64,000 bases of DNA from an uncultured Rikenellaceae bacterium (lineage in GTDB: Bacteria; Bacteroidota; Bacteroidia; Bacteroidales; Rikenellaceae): contig CAYJIL010000001.1 in assembly GCA_964370235.1 (NCBI GenBank), forward strand, positions 4,704 through 68,703, in the 5' to 3' direction. Numbering within the stretch: position 1 is the first letter of the stretch; the number at the start of each line of letters is the position of its first letter. Below, piece by piece: positions 54,761-63,806 of this stretch. The position numbers were made by a program, and so were the translations under genes. Under the pieces are notes generated by a model. The model was not told the origin of the DNA and ran no database searches. It saw only the letters and a list, made by a program, of their open reading frames with translations.

Positions 54761-56110
54761 ATGTCTAAAGTATTTAATTTAAAGAGGGGTTTAGACATCT
54801 CACTAGTTGGTCAGGCAAACCAAAGTGTATCTGCGGCAGCAACATCTGCTAAATATGCTGTTAAGCCAACCGATTTTGAGGGCATAACTCCAAAGATGCT
54901 GGTAAAGGCTGGAGACAAGGTGAAAGCCGGTACACCACTCTTCTTTGACAAGTATCGTCCATGGCTACAATTCACTGCACCTGTTTCGGGTACAGTAGAG
55001 GATGTTGTTCGTGGCGAGAAAAGAAGAATCCTTGAGGTTACAATTACTCCAGATGCTACACTAGAGTATGAGTCGTTTGAGGCTCCTAAATCTCTTACTA
55101 AAGAGAGCGTTACCGAGCTACTTGTAGCATCGGGACTATGGGCTACAATCATTCAGCGTCCTTATGGCGTTATCGCTTCTAAAGATGATAGCCCAAAAGG
55201 TATCTTCATCTCTATGTTTGACTCTGCGCCACTTGCAGGCGACATTAACTTTATGCTAAAGGATGAGAAAGACGCATTTGCAGCAGGTATCAAAGCTCTT
55301 AAGGCACTTTGCCCAAAGATCTACCTAGGTACAAATGGTGCTAGCTCTGCTTTGGTTGATGCAGTTAAGGGCGATGTTGTGGTTAATACCTTTACGGGTA
55401 AGCACCCAGCAGGTAACGTAGGTATCCAAATCCACCACACAGATGCTATGTGCAAAGGTGAGGTTGCTTGGACTCTAACTCCACAAAACGTTGTATTTAT
55501 CGGTCGCCTACTTCTTACGGGCAAGCTAGATATGACAAAAATCGTAGCAGTATGTGGTTCTGAGGTTAACGAGCCATCTTACAAAAAGGTAATTGCAGGT
55601 GCTACTGTTAAGTCTCTTACAGAGGGTAACATTAAGGCTCAAGAGGCTGGTTATTCGGTAAGATATATTAGCGGTAATGTGCTTACTGGTAGAAAAGTAG
55701 CAGCAGACTGTACTATATCTTTCTACGACACAGCAATTACAGTTATTCCAGAGGGTGACCACTACGAGTTCCTAGGTTGGATCGCTCCACGTTTTAACAA
55801 GTTCTCGGTTTCTCGCAGCTACTTTAGCTGGTTGTCACCATCAAAAAAGTATAAGCTAGATACAAACCTTAACGGTGGCGAGCGTGCCCTAGTTATGACG
55901 GGTGAGTATGAGAGCGTACTTCCTATGGACATTTATCCTGTCTACCTTGTCAAAGCAATCCTTGCTGGCGACATCGACAAGATGGAGAACCTAGGTATCT
56001 ATGAGGTGATTGAGGAGGATCTAGCACTTTGTGAATTTATCTGTACTTCTAAAATCGAGGTTCAGTCAATTCTTCGTGATGGTATCCGCCAAATGATAAA
56101 AGAGGTATAA
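54761..56110 (+). CDS. nqrA: Na+-translocating NADH:quinone oxidoreductase subunit A
   Basis: 449-aa soluble subunit. First gene of a six-gene nqr run in canonical order. Confidence 0.92.
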   Translation: MSKVFNLKRGLDISLVGQANQSVSAAATSAKYAVKPTDFEGITPKMLVKAGDKVKAGTPLFFDKYRPWLQFTAPVSGTVEDVVRGEKRRILEVTITPDATLEYESFEAPKSLTKESVTELLVASGLWATIIQRPYGVIASKDDSPKGIFISMFDSAPLAGDINFMLKDEKDAFAAGIKALKALCPKIYLGTNGASSALVDAVKGDVVVNTFTGKHPAGNVGIQIHHTDAMCKGEVAWTLTPQNVVFIGRLLLTGKLDMTKIVAVCGSEVNEPSYKKVIAGATVKSLTEGNIKAQEAGYSVRYISGNVLTGRKVAADCTISFYDTAITVIPEGDHYEFLGWIAPRFNKFSVSRSYFSWLSPSKKYKLDTNLNGGERALVMTGEYESVLPMDIYPVYLVKAILAGDIDKMENLGIYEVIEEDLALCEFICTSKIEVQSILRDGIRQMIKEV

Positions 56111-56153
56111 CGATATTTCGTAGGAATTAATTATCTGGTTAACATACTATAAG

Positions 56154-57335
56154 ATGAAATCATTAAGAAATTATATAGACAAAATTAAACCTACCTTCTC
56201 GCCGGGTGGCAAGCTAGAGAAGCTCCACTCTACCTTTGATGCGTTTGAGACATTCTTGTTCTCGCCAAAGGAGGTTACACAGAAAGGTAGTCATATCAGA
56301 GATGCTATCGAGCTAAAGCGTACCATGTTTATGGTAGTACTTGCACTAGTTCCAGCACTTATCTTTGGTATGTACAACGTTGGTTACCAACACTTCCTAG
56401 CTACGGGTGTAGAGGCTACTCTACTAGACTGTATGCTTAAGGGTGCTATCAAAGTACTTCCGATAGTAATTGTATCATACGTAGTTGGTCTTGGTATCGA
56501 GTTTGCTTATGCACAGATGCGCCACCACGAGGTAAACGAGGGTTTCCTTGTTTCGGGTATGCTTATCCCACTTATTATGCCAGTAGACGCACCTCTTTGG
56601 ATGATTGCTGTCTCTACTGCATTTGCGGTGATCGTTGTTAAGGAGCTATTTGGTGGTACTGGTATGAACGTATTCAACCCAGCACTTATGGCTCGTGCCT
56701 TTATGTTCTTTGCATATACTCCACACGTTTCGGGTGACAAGGTATGGATTGCAGGCATGACTTCGGGCGAGGGTATTCTTGACGGTGTTTCGGGTGCAAC
56801 TCCTCTTACAGAGGCTGCAACTGCACTTGCTGACAAGGCAGACGCTCTAACATTCTCGACTACTCCTATGGATTGGTTGATTGGTACGGTTCCGGGAAGT
56901 ATTGGTGAGACTAGTTTCATCGCTATCATGATTGGTGCTGCTATTCTACTTTACACTGGTATCGCTTCGTGGAGAATTATGAGCGCAGTATTTATTGGTG
57001 GTCTTGTAATGGGTGGTATCTTCAACCTAATTGGAGCTAACGTATACATGGAGCTACCAGCGTGTCACCACATTCTAATTGGTGGTTTTGCGTTTGGTGC
57101 TGTGTTTATGGCAACAGACCCAGTAACTGCTTCACAAACTAACACTGGTAAGTGGATTTATGGTCTACTAATTGGTGCGATTGCAGTACTTATTCGTGTT
57201 GTAAACCCAGGTTATCCAGAGGGTATGATGCTATCGATTCTCTTTATGAATGCTATGGTGCCACTAATCGACCACTACGTTGTTGAGGCAAACATTAAGC
57301 GTCGTCTAAAGAGAGCTAAAGCTAGTGTAAAATAG
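56154..57335 (+). CDS. nqrB: Na+-translocating NADH:quinone oxidoreductase subunit B
   Basis: 393-aa polytopic ORF with the FMN-attachment motif GVSGATPL. Confidence 0.95.
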   Translation: MKSLRNYIDKIKPTFSPGGKLEKLHSTFDAFETFLFSPKEVTQKGSHIRDAIELKRTMFMVVLALVPALIFGMYNVGYQHFLATGVEATLLDCMLKGAIKVLPIVIVSYVVGLGIEFAYAQMRHHEVNEGFLVSGMLIPLIMPVDAPLWMIAVSTAFAVIVVKELFGGTGMNVFNPALMARAFMFFAYTPHVSGDKVWIAGMTSGEGILDGVSGATPLTEAATALADKADALTFSTTPMDWLIGTVPGSIGETSFIAIMIGAAILLYTGIASWRIMSAVFIGGLVMGGIFNLIGANVYMELPACHHILIGGFAFGAVFMATDPVTASQTNTGKWIYGLLIGAIAVLIRVVNPGYPEGMMLSILFMNAMVPLIDHYVVEANIKRRLKRAKASVK

Positions 57336-57347
57336 TTAAAAGAGAAG

Positions 57348-58079
57348 ATGATGAACAAACAAAGTAATGCATATATTATAATCTACTCCTCTATTCTTGT
57401 AATCGTTGTTGCAGCGGCACTTTCGTTCACAGCGATCAAGCTACGCCCTCTTCAGCAGCAGAACGTAGAGATGGAGATGATGAGCAATATCCTAGGTTCG
57501 GTAGGAGCACTAGGAGACGCTAAAGAGCCAGCAGCTATTGAGGCAGCTTATAAGAAGTATATCACAGAGTCTTTCCTTGTAGATAGCAAGGGTAACAAAG
57601 TGGATGCTACTCAGCAAGAGATTTTCGCTATTCTTGGCGGTCTTAAGGGTGCTTATGCTGCACCAGAGGATTCTCGCAAGCTACCACTATTTGTTAGCAA
57701 CGTAGATGGCAAAACAAACTATATCGTTCCTATTATCGGTACAGGTCTTTGGGGACCAGTTTGGGGTTATATGGCACTAAACGACGACCTAAATACTGTT
57801 GCAGGTGTTGTATTTGCTCACAAGAGTGAGACTCCGGGTCTAGGTGCCGAGATTGCAACTCCTTCTTTCCAGAATCAGTACATTGGTAAGAGCCTATTCG
57901 ATGGAACAACATTCAAAGGTATTGGTGTAACTAAGGGTGCAGGATCATCGGATGGCAACGCTCACGCAGTAGATGCTATCTCGGGTGGTACTATCACAGC
58001 ACGTGCAGTGGGTGACATGGTTATCAACTGTCTAAAGGTTTACGTTCCTTTCTTTGAGAAAGTAAGTGTTGAAAAATAA
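57348..58079 (+). CDS. nqrC: Na+-translocating NADH:quinone oxidoreductase subunit C
   Basis: 243-aa ORF with a single TM helix and an FMN-binding motif (DAISGGTITA). Confidence 0.93.
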   Translation: MMNKQSNAYIIIYSSILVIVVAAALSFTAIKLRPLQQQNVEMEMMSNILGSVGALGDAKEPAAIEAAYKKYITESFLVDSKGNKVDATQQEIFAILGGLKGAYAAPEDSRKLPLFVSNVDGKTNYIVPIIGTGLWGPVWGYMALNDDLNTVAGVVFAHKSETPGLGAEIATPSFQNQYIGKSLFDGTTFKGIGVTKGAGSSDGNAHAVDAISGGTITARAVGDMVINCLKVYVPFFEKVSVEK

Positions 58080-58093
58080 AAAAGAGAGATATT

Positions 58094-58753
58094 ATGAGTA
58101 ACAGTGAAAAAGAGCCTCTATTTTCGGCGAAGAATCTAAAGCTACTGACATCGCCACTTGGGTCTAGCAACCCAGTTACGGTTCAGATACTTGGTATCTG
58201 CTCGGCACTTGCAGTAACGGCTAAGCTAAAGCCAGCTTTTGTTATGGCACTATCTGTAATTGCAGTGTGTGCGTTTGCAAACCTAATCATATCACTAATG
58301 CGTACGACGATACCTTCTCGTATTCGTATCATCGTTCAGCTAGTGGTTGTAGCAGCGCTTGTAATCCTTGTAGACCAAATCCTTAAGGCATTTGTTTATG
58401 ATGTGAGTAAGCAGCTATCGGTATTTGTAGGTCTTATCATTACTAACTGTATCCTGATGGGTCGTCTTGAGGCGTTTGCACTTGCAAACAAGCCTTGGCA
58501 GTCGTTCCTAGACGGTATTGGTAACGGTATTGGTTATGGTGTTATCCTAATCGCACTAGGTTTTGTACGTGAGCTATTTGGTGCAGGTACAGTTTGGGGT
58601 TACCAAGTAATTCCAGATGCATGGTATGTAAAGAACGGTGGTTTCTACGAGAACAACGGTCTAATGCTACTACCTCCTATGGCACTGATCCTTGCTGGTG
58701 TTATCATCGGTATTCAGCGTTCGAAGGATAAGTCACTTTGTGAAAAGAACTAA
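58094..58753 (+). CDS. nqrD: Na+-translocating NADH:quinone oxidoreductase subunit D
   Basis: 219-aa polytopic Rnf/Nqr D/E-type ORF (LGICSALAVT). Confidence 0.93.
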   Translation: MSNSEKEPLFSAKNLKLLTSPLGSSNPVTVQILGICSALAVTAKLKPAFVMALSVIAVCAFANLIISLMRTTIPSRIRIIVQLVVVAALVILVDQILKAFVYDVSKQLSVFVGLIITNCILMGRLEAFALANKPWQSFLDGIGNGIGYGVILIALGFVRELFGAGTVWGYQVIPDAWYVKNGGFYENNGLMLLPPMALILAGVIIGIQRSKDKSLCEKN

Positions 58754-58779
58754 CTAGATCCATAAAATATATTTAAGAG

Positions 58780-59397
58780 ATGGAAAATTTATTAAGCTTA
58801 TTTGTTAAGTCGATATTTATCGACAATATGGTCTTTGCCTTCTTCTTTGGAATGTGTTCGTACATTGCAGTATCAAAGACGGTTAAGACAGCGATGGGTC
58901 TAGGTCTTGCGGTAATTTTCGTAAGTATTGTAACAGTACCTGTCAACTATGCACTAAACGAGTTTCTACTTCAGCCGGGAGCACTTACGTGGCTAAGCCC
59001 AGAGTATGCTTCGATTGATCTTAGCTTCTTGAGCTTTATCGTATTTATTGCCGTTATCGCATCTATCGTTCAGCTAGTAGAGATGATTGTAGAGAAGTTT
59101 GCACCTGCGCTTTATAGCCAGCTAGGTATCTTCCTTCCGCTTATCGCTGTAAACTGTGCGATTCTTGGAGGCTCTCTATTTATGCAGGAGAGAGCATACG
59201 AAAGTGCTGTTGAGGCTACAGTATTCGCTCTAGGTAGCGGTGTGGGTTGGTGGCTTGCGATTGTAGCTATGGCTGCAATTCGTGAAAAGATCACATATTC
59301 ACACATCCCAGACTCGCTGAAAGGTGCAGGTATTACCTTCATCATCACAGGTCTTATGGGTGTTGCCTTTATGACATTCCTTGGTATTCAGCTATAG
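58780..59397 (+). CDS. nqrE: Na+-translocating NADH:quinone oxidoreductase subunit E
   Basis: 205-aa polytopic ORF, paralogous to NqrD ([10 protein letters not shown]; AVNCAILG). Confidence 0.93.
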   Translation: MENLLSLFVKSIFIDNMVFAFFFGMCSYIAVSKTVKTAMGLGLAVIFVSIVTVPVNYALNEFLLQPGALTWLSPEYASIDLSFLSFIVFIAVIASIVQLVEMIVEKFAPALYSQLGIFLPLIAVNCAILGGSLFMQERAYESAVEATVFALGSGVGWWLAIVAMAAIREKITYSHIPDSLKGAGITFIITGLMGVAFMTFLGIQL

Positions 59398-59438
59398 GCG
59401 CACAAGGATAATATTAATATTTATAACTAATAGTAGAG

Positions 59439-60701
59439 ATGGAGTTAACATCAATATTGATATCAATTGTAGCGTTCCTTATCATCGTACTTTCGCTAGT
59501 TGCGGTGCTGCTGTTCGCTAAGAAGAAATTGATGCCTTCGGGAATAGTCAAGGTGACTATCAACGGTGGCGAAAAGAATATAGAGACCGAGCCGGGCTCA
59601 ACACTACTAAACACACTATCGGATAACGGAGTGTTCCTACCTAGTGCTTGTGGTGGTGGTGGTTCTTGTGGTATGTGTAAGTGTCAGGTACACGAAGGTG
59701 GTGGTGAAATTCTACCAACTGAGACTGGCTTTGTAAACCGCAAGCAACAAAAAGAGAACTGGAGACTTGGTTGTCAGGTTAAGGTTAAAGAGGACATGGT
59801 GGTAGAAGTACCAGAAGAGGTTCTTGGTGTTAAGAAGTGGGAGTGTGAGGTTGTTTCTAACCGCAGTATCTCTACTTTCCTTAAGGAGTTTGTTGTTAAG
59901 CTTCCAGAGGGAGAGACTCTTAACTTTAAGAATGGTGGTTATATTCAGGTAGACATACCTAAGTATGACTCTATCAAGTTCTCTGATTTTGTTATTGAGG
60001 ATGAGTTTAGAGCAGACTGGGATAGCACAAACATGTGGAAACTGGAGACTAAGAACCCAGAGGATACATACCGTGCATACTCGATGGCTAACCACCCAGC
60101 AGAGGGTAATATCATCATGCTTAACATTCGTATTGCTACACCTCCTTATGATCGTGCAGCAAATGACTTTATGAAGGTTAACCCGGGTATCTGTTCATCT
60201 TATGTGTTCTCACGTAAGGCAGGCGATAAGGTAACTATTTCGGGCCCTTATGGAGAGTTCTTTATACCAGAAGATATCTCTGACGAGCAAGAGCTAGTAT
60301 TTATTGGTGGTGGAGCAGGTATGGCACCAATGCGTAGCCACATTATGCACCTATTTAAGACAGAGAAAACAAGCCGCCCAGTTACATTCTGGTATGGTGC
60401 TCGTGCGCTTAAAGAGGTACCTTATCTTGACGAATTTAAGGAGATTGAGAAGGAGTTCCCTAACTTTAAGTTCAATCTTGCACTTGACCGTCCAGATCCA
60501 GAGGCAGACAAAGTGGGTGAGCCTTATACAGCAGGCTTTGTACACAATGTACTATATGAGAATTATCTAAAGAACCACGAAGATCCAGAGGGAGCTCTGT
60601 ATCTAATGTGTGGTCCTCCTATGATGATCTCGGCAGTAGATAATATGCTTGATAGCCTAGGCGTTCCTAAAGAAAACATTCTTTATGATAACTTTGGTTA
60701 G
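59439..60701 (+). CDS. nqrF: Na+-translocating NADH:quinone oxidoreductase subunit F
   Basis: 420-aa ORF with a TM anchor, a 2Fe-2S ferredoxin domain (CGGGGSCGMCKC) and an FAD/NADH module (RAYSMAN; GGGAGMAPM). Confidence 0.95.
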   Translation: MELTSILISIVAFLIIVLSLVAVLLFAKKKLMPSGIVKVTINGGEKNIETEPGSTLLNTLSDNGVFLPSACGGGGSCGMCKCQVHEGGGEILPTETGFVNRKQQKENWRLGCQVKVKEDMVVEVPEEVLGVKKWECEVVSNRSISTFLKEFVVKLPEGETLNFKNGGYIQVDIPKYDSIKFSDFVIEDEFRADWDSTNMWKLETKNPEDTYRAYSMANHPAEGNIIMLNIRIATPPYDRAANDFMKVNPGICSSYVFSRKAGDKVTISGPYGEFFIPEDISDEQELVFIGGGAGMAPMRSHIMHLFKTEKTSRPVTFWYGARALKEVPYLDEFKEIEKEFPNFKFNLALDRPDPEADKVGEPYTAGFVHNVLYENYLKNHEDPEGALYLMCGPPMMISAVDNMLDSLGVPKENILYDNFG

Positions 60702-60709
60702 TAGTTTTT

Positions 60710-60754
60710 AAAAAAAGAGAGTATCTCGAAAAATCGAGATACTCTCTTTTTTTG
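60710..60754 (+). terminator. Rho-independent terminator after nqrF
   Basis: A-run, then stem GAGAGTATCTCGA / TCGAGATACTCTC with loop AAAA, then T7. Confidence 0.88.
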
Positions 60755-61161
60755 TGTCAATGTACTAAAGTGCTTTTACGCTTAAACGATACTTTATGGT
60801 TGGGCACATCTTAAATTGCATGGAGCAAATACAACTTAAGATACAAATTATACTCTGTAATGCACAAGAATTTTAGCCCCTAAACAAACACTGCAAAAAG
60901 GCAGTGATTTTCGGCTATTATTGATTGAAACAGCGTTTCGAGCATACAAATGATTAAACGGTTGCAAAAAAAATATTTTTTTTCAAAATATTAATCCTAA
61001 AACTAACATTTGTTTAGTTTTACACCAAAAAGCTAACTACCAAAAAGATAGCTCAGGGCGATATATGGGCAAATCAGAATCGGTTAAATACCTAATTTTT
61101 AAATAGATCAATATTTCCAAAAATATTTTAAAAAAAATAACCAACATTAAATGAAAATGAC

Positions 61162-61169
61162 TATATTTG
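61162..61169 (+). promoter_or_regulatory. Candidate -7 box (TATATTTG) for the BlaI-family gene
   Basis: Matches TAnnTTTG. It lies 67 nt upstream of the ATG at 61237 and overlaps a TTTG-C-CAAA inverted element. Confidence 0.4.
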
Positions 61170-61236
61170 CCAAAAAGAAACATATTTAAACAATTTTTAG
61201 ACCTAACATAATTGCAACAACTAAGTACTGGAAACC

Positions 61237-61641
61237 ATGACAGAAAAGAGATTCAAACAGCTAACACCACTAGAGTTACAATTTATGTCGGTTATTTGGG
61301 ATAAGAATGAAGCTTTCATTAACGATATCCTACAGGTGCTACCTGAACCCAAACCTGCATACAATACAATCTCAACGATTGTAAGAATTCTAGTTACAAA
61401 GGGTTTTGTAGCATACAAGAGTTTTGGTCGAAGCCACCAATACTATCCTCTTGTGACCAAAGAAGAATACCTAACTCAATACATGAGTAGTATTAAAGAA
61501 ACGTTCTTCTCTGGTTCAATTCTTAATATGATCTCATTTATGGCACTACGTGAAAGCCTAAACGAGAAAGAGATTGATCTTGTGACTGACATTTTGAAAG
61601 ATTGCTCGCTTACAGACGAGTCGGTAGCGGCGCAACAGTAA
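61237..61641 (+). CDS. BlaI/MecI/CopY-family winged-helix transcriptional repressor
   Basis: 134-aa ORF with a Penicillinase_R-type N-terminus (LTPLELQFMSVIW...AYNTISTIVRILVTKGFV...YYPLVTKEEY). It lacks the CopY-type C-terminal CxCxxxxCxC motif. Confidence 0.8.
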   Translation: MTEKRFKQLTPLELQFMSVIWDKNEAFINDILQVLPEPKPAYNTISTIVRILVTKGFVAYKSFGRSHQYYPLVTKEEYLTQYMSSIKETFFSGSILNMISFMALRESLNEKEIDLVTDILKDCSLTDESVAAQQ

Positions 61642-61681
61642 TCACAAATTAAAGACCTTTTATAAAAGGGACGAAAGCAGG

Positions 61682-61728
61682 TAGGTAGTAGATGTTCGGT
61701 GGTGGAATATCTACTATCTATTTTTTTT
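61682..61728 (+). terminator. Rho-independent terminator after the BlaI-family gene
   Basis: 12-bp stem TAGGTAGTAGAT / ATCTACTATCTA with one G-U pair and a 15-nt loop, followed by T8. Confidence 0.65.
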
Positions 61729-61742
61729 GCACATAACTAAGA

Positions 61743-61784
61743 TTTTGCGCAAAAATTTCCTTTTGCTAGATTTAGCAGGCAAAA
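61743..61784 (+). promoter_or_regulatory. Candidate operator region: TTTTGCGCAAAA palindrome plus TTTTGC-N12-GCAAAA
   Basis: A perfect 12-bp palindrome lies at 61743-61754. The second inverted pair is at 61761-61766 and 61779-61784. Extra TTTTGC copies lie at 61725-61730 and 61793-61798, the latter overlapping the -7 box. Confidence 0.45.
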
Positions 61785-61789
61785 TTTAT

Positions 61790-61797
61790 TATTTTTG
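61790..61797 (+). promoter_or_regulatory. Candidate -7 box (TATTTTTG) for the Met-rich secreted protein gene
   Basis: Matches TAnnTTTG. It lies 17 nt upstream of the ATG at 61815. Confidence 0.4.
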
Positions 61798-61814
61798 CTT
61801 ACTGATAGTATAAT

Positions 61815-62750
61815 ATGATTATGAAGGGATATTTTGTTTTACTGCTTACAGCTATGCTTTATTGCACAGCGGCACTTGCTCAAGAGATGCGAATGGGCAC
61901 AGGGTCGATGGGCACAAGCATGCCATTGATGGGTGGCTCTGTTGGCTCAATGGGTGGCACAAGTGGCTTGCTTGCTCCCAAGATGGACATGACTCCCAGA
62001 ATGAATACTAAGGAAGATAGATCGAGCCAAGCACAGTCAAACGAAGAAGAACTCATTAAAAAGCGAAAAGAGCACGATTTAGGGCATAACGACACTGCTA
62101 GCACCCGAACATCGGACAAGCCAAAATACTACTATATTGAGAGCCCTGATGGCCAAATTGGCTATATGTTAAAGGTAGGAGGCAATGGACAACCAAAATT
62201 GGAGGTTACACAGCTACAAAGAGGCGATTCAATAAGAGAGGATCTTAAAATTAGCCCATATAAAAGAACTCCGCAGGTAGATATGAATGCTACCATTGCA
62301 CCAACGGGGATAGACAAAATTGGGCACGGATATTATCTATCATCACAAGAGATGACACTACTAAAGCGTAACGAGGAGTATGAGCGTGAAATCGTGTCAA
62401 TAGACCCCCAAAAATCACATACCATAGTTACCATATCACTTAGCCCCGCTGGCAATCTATATTGGTTTAATATCAGCCAAAAAAGCTATATCGAGGACTG
62501 TAAAAGCAAAAAACGATACCATTTAGTGGGAGTTAGGAATAATATTCCCATTGGAAGGCTCGTTGTAGCTATCGAACCACCAAGATCTATGGCTGTTGAA
62601 CTATTGTTTGAGCCTATGCCCGAGTCGGTAAAAGATGTAAATCTAATTAGGCACATAGACCAAAGCCACATACCCAATAGCTCGGCTAGTGCCATTGGTG
62701 GCGAATATGGGCTAAACCTTCGCTATTACAGAGCAAAAAAGGCGAAATAG
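61815..62750 (+). CDS. Secreted hypothetical protein with a Met/Gly-rich N-terminal region
   Basis: 311-aa ORF with a signal peptide (LYCTAALAQE). The next roughly 40 aa hold 9 Met (EMRMGTGSMGTSMPLMGGSVGSMGG...KMDMTPRM). I recognised no domain, no HExxH motif and no further TM segments. Confidence 0.6.
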   Translation: MIMKGYFVLLLTAMLYCTAALAQEMRMGTGSMGTSMPLMGGSVGSMGGTSGLLAPKMDMTPRMNTKEDRSSQAQSNEEELIKKRKEHDLGHNDTASTRTSDKPKYYYIESPDGQIGYMLKVGGNGQPKLEVTQLQRGDSIREDLKISPYKRTPQVDMNATIAPTGIDKIGHGYYLSSQEMTLLKRNEEYEREIVSIDPQKSHTIVTISLSPAGNLYWFNISQKSYIEDCKSKKRYHLVGVRNNIPIGRLVVAIEPPRSMAVELLFEPMPESVKDVNLIRHIDQSHIPNSSASAIGGEYGLNLRYYRAKKAK

Positions 62751-62761
62751 AAAAAATTTTG

Positions 62762-62769
62762 TATGTTTG
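62762..62769 (+). promoter_or_regulatory. Candidate -7 box (TATGTTTG) for lemA
   Basis: Matches TAnnTTTG. It lies 21 nt upstream of the ATG at 62791. Confidence 0.35.
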
Positions 62770-62790
62770 TAAAAACTAAATAAAGCTAAA

Positions 62791-63381
62791 ATGAAAAAAT
62801 TATTTATTGTATTAGCGGTAATTGCGCTAATTATTATTGCACTTTACTCTTCGTTCAAGAGCACATATAACGGTATGGTAACCCAGAGCGAAGCAGTTGC
62901 AACTGCATGGAGCAACGTAGAGAATCAATACCAAAGAAGAAGCGACCTAATCCCAAACCTAGTGAACACGGTAAAGGGTTATGCATCGCACGAGTCGTCG
63001 ACACTAGAGGGCGTTACACAGGCTAGAGCAAATGCTACAAAGGTAACTATCGACCCTACTAACATGACACCTGCACAAATACAGAGCTTTGGAAAGGCAC
63101 AAGGCGAGCTTTCGCAAGCACTTTCTCGCCTGCTAATGGTGACAGAGAACTATCCAGACCTAAAGGCAAATCAAAACTTTAGAGATCTTCAGGTTCAGCT
63201 AGAGGGCACAGAGAATCGCATCTCTACCGAGAGAGGCAGATTCAACGAAGCTACTCAGGTTTATAACACACACATTAAGAGTTTCCCTACAAATATTCTT
63301 GCTGGCATGTTTGGCTTTACTCCTAAGCCATACTTCGAGGCTAGCCAAGGTGCCGAAGAGGCTCCAGAGGTGCAATTCTAG
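62791..63381 (+). CDS. lemA: LemA family membrane protein
   Basis: 196-aa ORF with an N-terminal TM helix and LemA blocks (QYQRRSDLIPNLVNTVKGYASHE; ENYPDLKANQNF; RFNEA...YN). Confidence 0.85.
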   Translation: MKKLFIVLAVIALIIIALYSSFKSTYNGMVTQSEAVATAWSNVENQYQRRSDLIPNLVNTVKGYASHESSTLEGVTQARANATKVTIDPTNMTPAQIQSFGKAQGELSQALSRLLMVTENYPDLKANQNFRDLQVQLEGTENRISTERGRFNEATQVYNTHIKSFPTNILAGMFGFTPKPYFEASQGAEEAPEVQF

Positions 63382-63406
63382 TAGTGTAGTATTAGAGACC
63401 CTATAA

Positions 63407-63453
63407 AAATAGTATAGAGGTTGTCATGATAGTTCATGGCAACCTCTATTTTG
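63407..63453. terminator. Bidirectional terminator (lemA / HU gene)
   Basis: 16-bp stem ATAGAGGTTGTCATGA / TCATGGCAACCTCTAT with one G-U pair and loop TAGT, flanked by an A-run and a T-run. Confidence 0.8.
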
Positions 63454-63483
63454 TGGTATTATATGCACACAATCGAGTCATAG

Positions 63484-63756
63484 CTATTTTAACAGCTTTT
63501 CAAGTTCTGATCCAACCTTAAATTTTGCAAACCTCTTTGCAGGTATAATAATTTCCTCTTTTGTTCGAGGGTTACTTCCACGTCTAGCTACTTTATCTAT
63601 AACTTGGAATGTACCAAAACCTACTAACGTTATTTTACCCCCTTCTTTGAGCGTATCGCTAGTTATAGATATAAACGAATTGAGTAGCTTTTTTGCTGCT
63701 GTTTTTGTGAGCCCAGTATCTTTGGACATCGCGTCTATGAGTTCGGCCTTATTCAT
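63484..63756 (-). CDS. HU-family DNA-binding protein
   Basis: The start is trimmed to MNKAELIDAM. HU/IHF signatures are present (GFGTF...R.GRNPRT-like ARRGSNPRTKEEIIIPA). A promoter box at 63799-63806 lies inside the longer ORF. Confidence 0.9.
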   Translation of the reverse strand: MNKAELIDAMSKDTGLTKTAAKKLLNSFISITSDTLKEGGKITLVGFGTFQVIDKVARRGSNPRTKEEIIIPAKRFAKFKVGSELEKLLK

Positions 63757-63798
63757 GATACAAATTTTTAACGTTATACGATATATCATTGCTTTATA

Positions 63799-63806
63799 CA
63801 AATATA
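63799..63806 (-). promoter_or_regulatory. Candidate -7 box (TATATTTG) for the HU gene
   Basis: Reverse complement of CAAATATA. It lies 42 nt upstream of the ATG at 63756. Confidence 0.45.

Noticed and set aside
60797-60877. 26-codon ORF (MVGHILNCMEQIQLKIQIILCNAQEF) in the nqrF-blaI spacer
   Set aside because: It has no promoter box, conserved motif or hydrophobic/amphipathic signature, so it cannot be told apart from a random ORF. It is mentioned only as something Ribo-seq could test.
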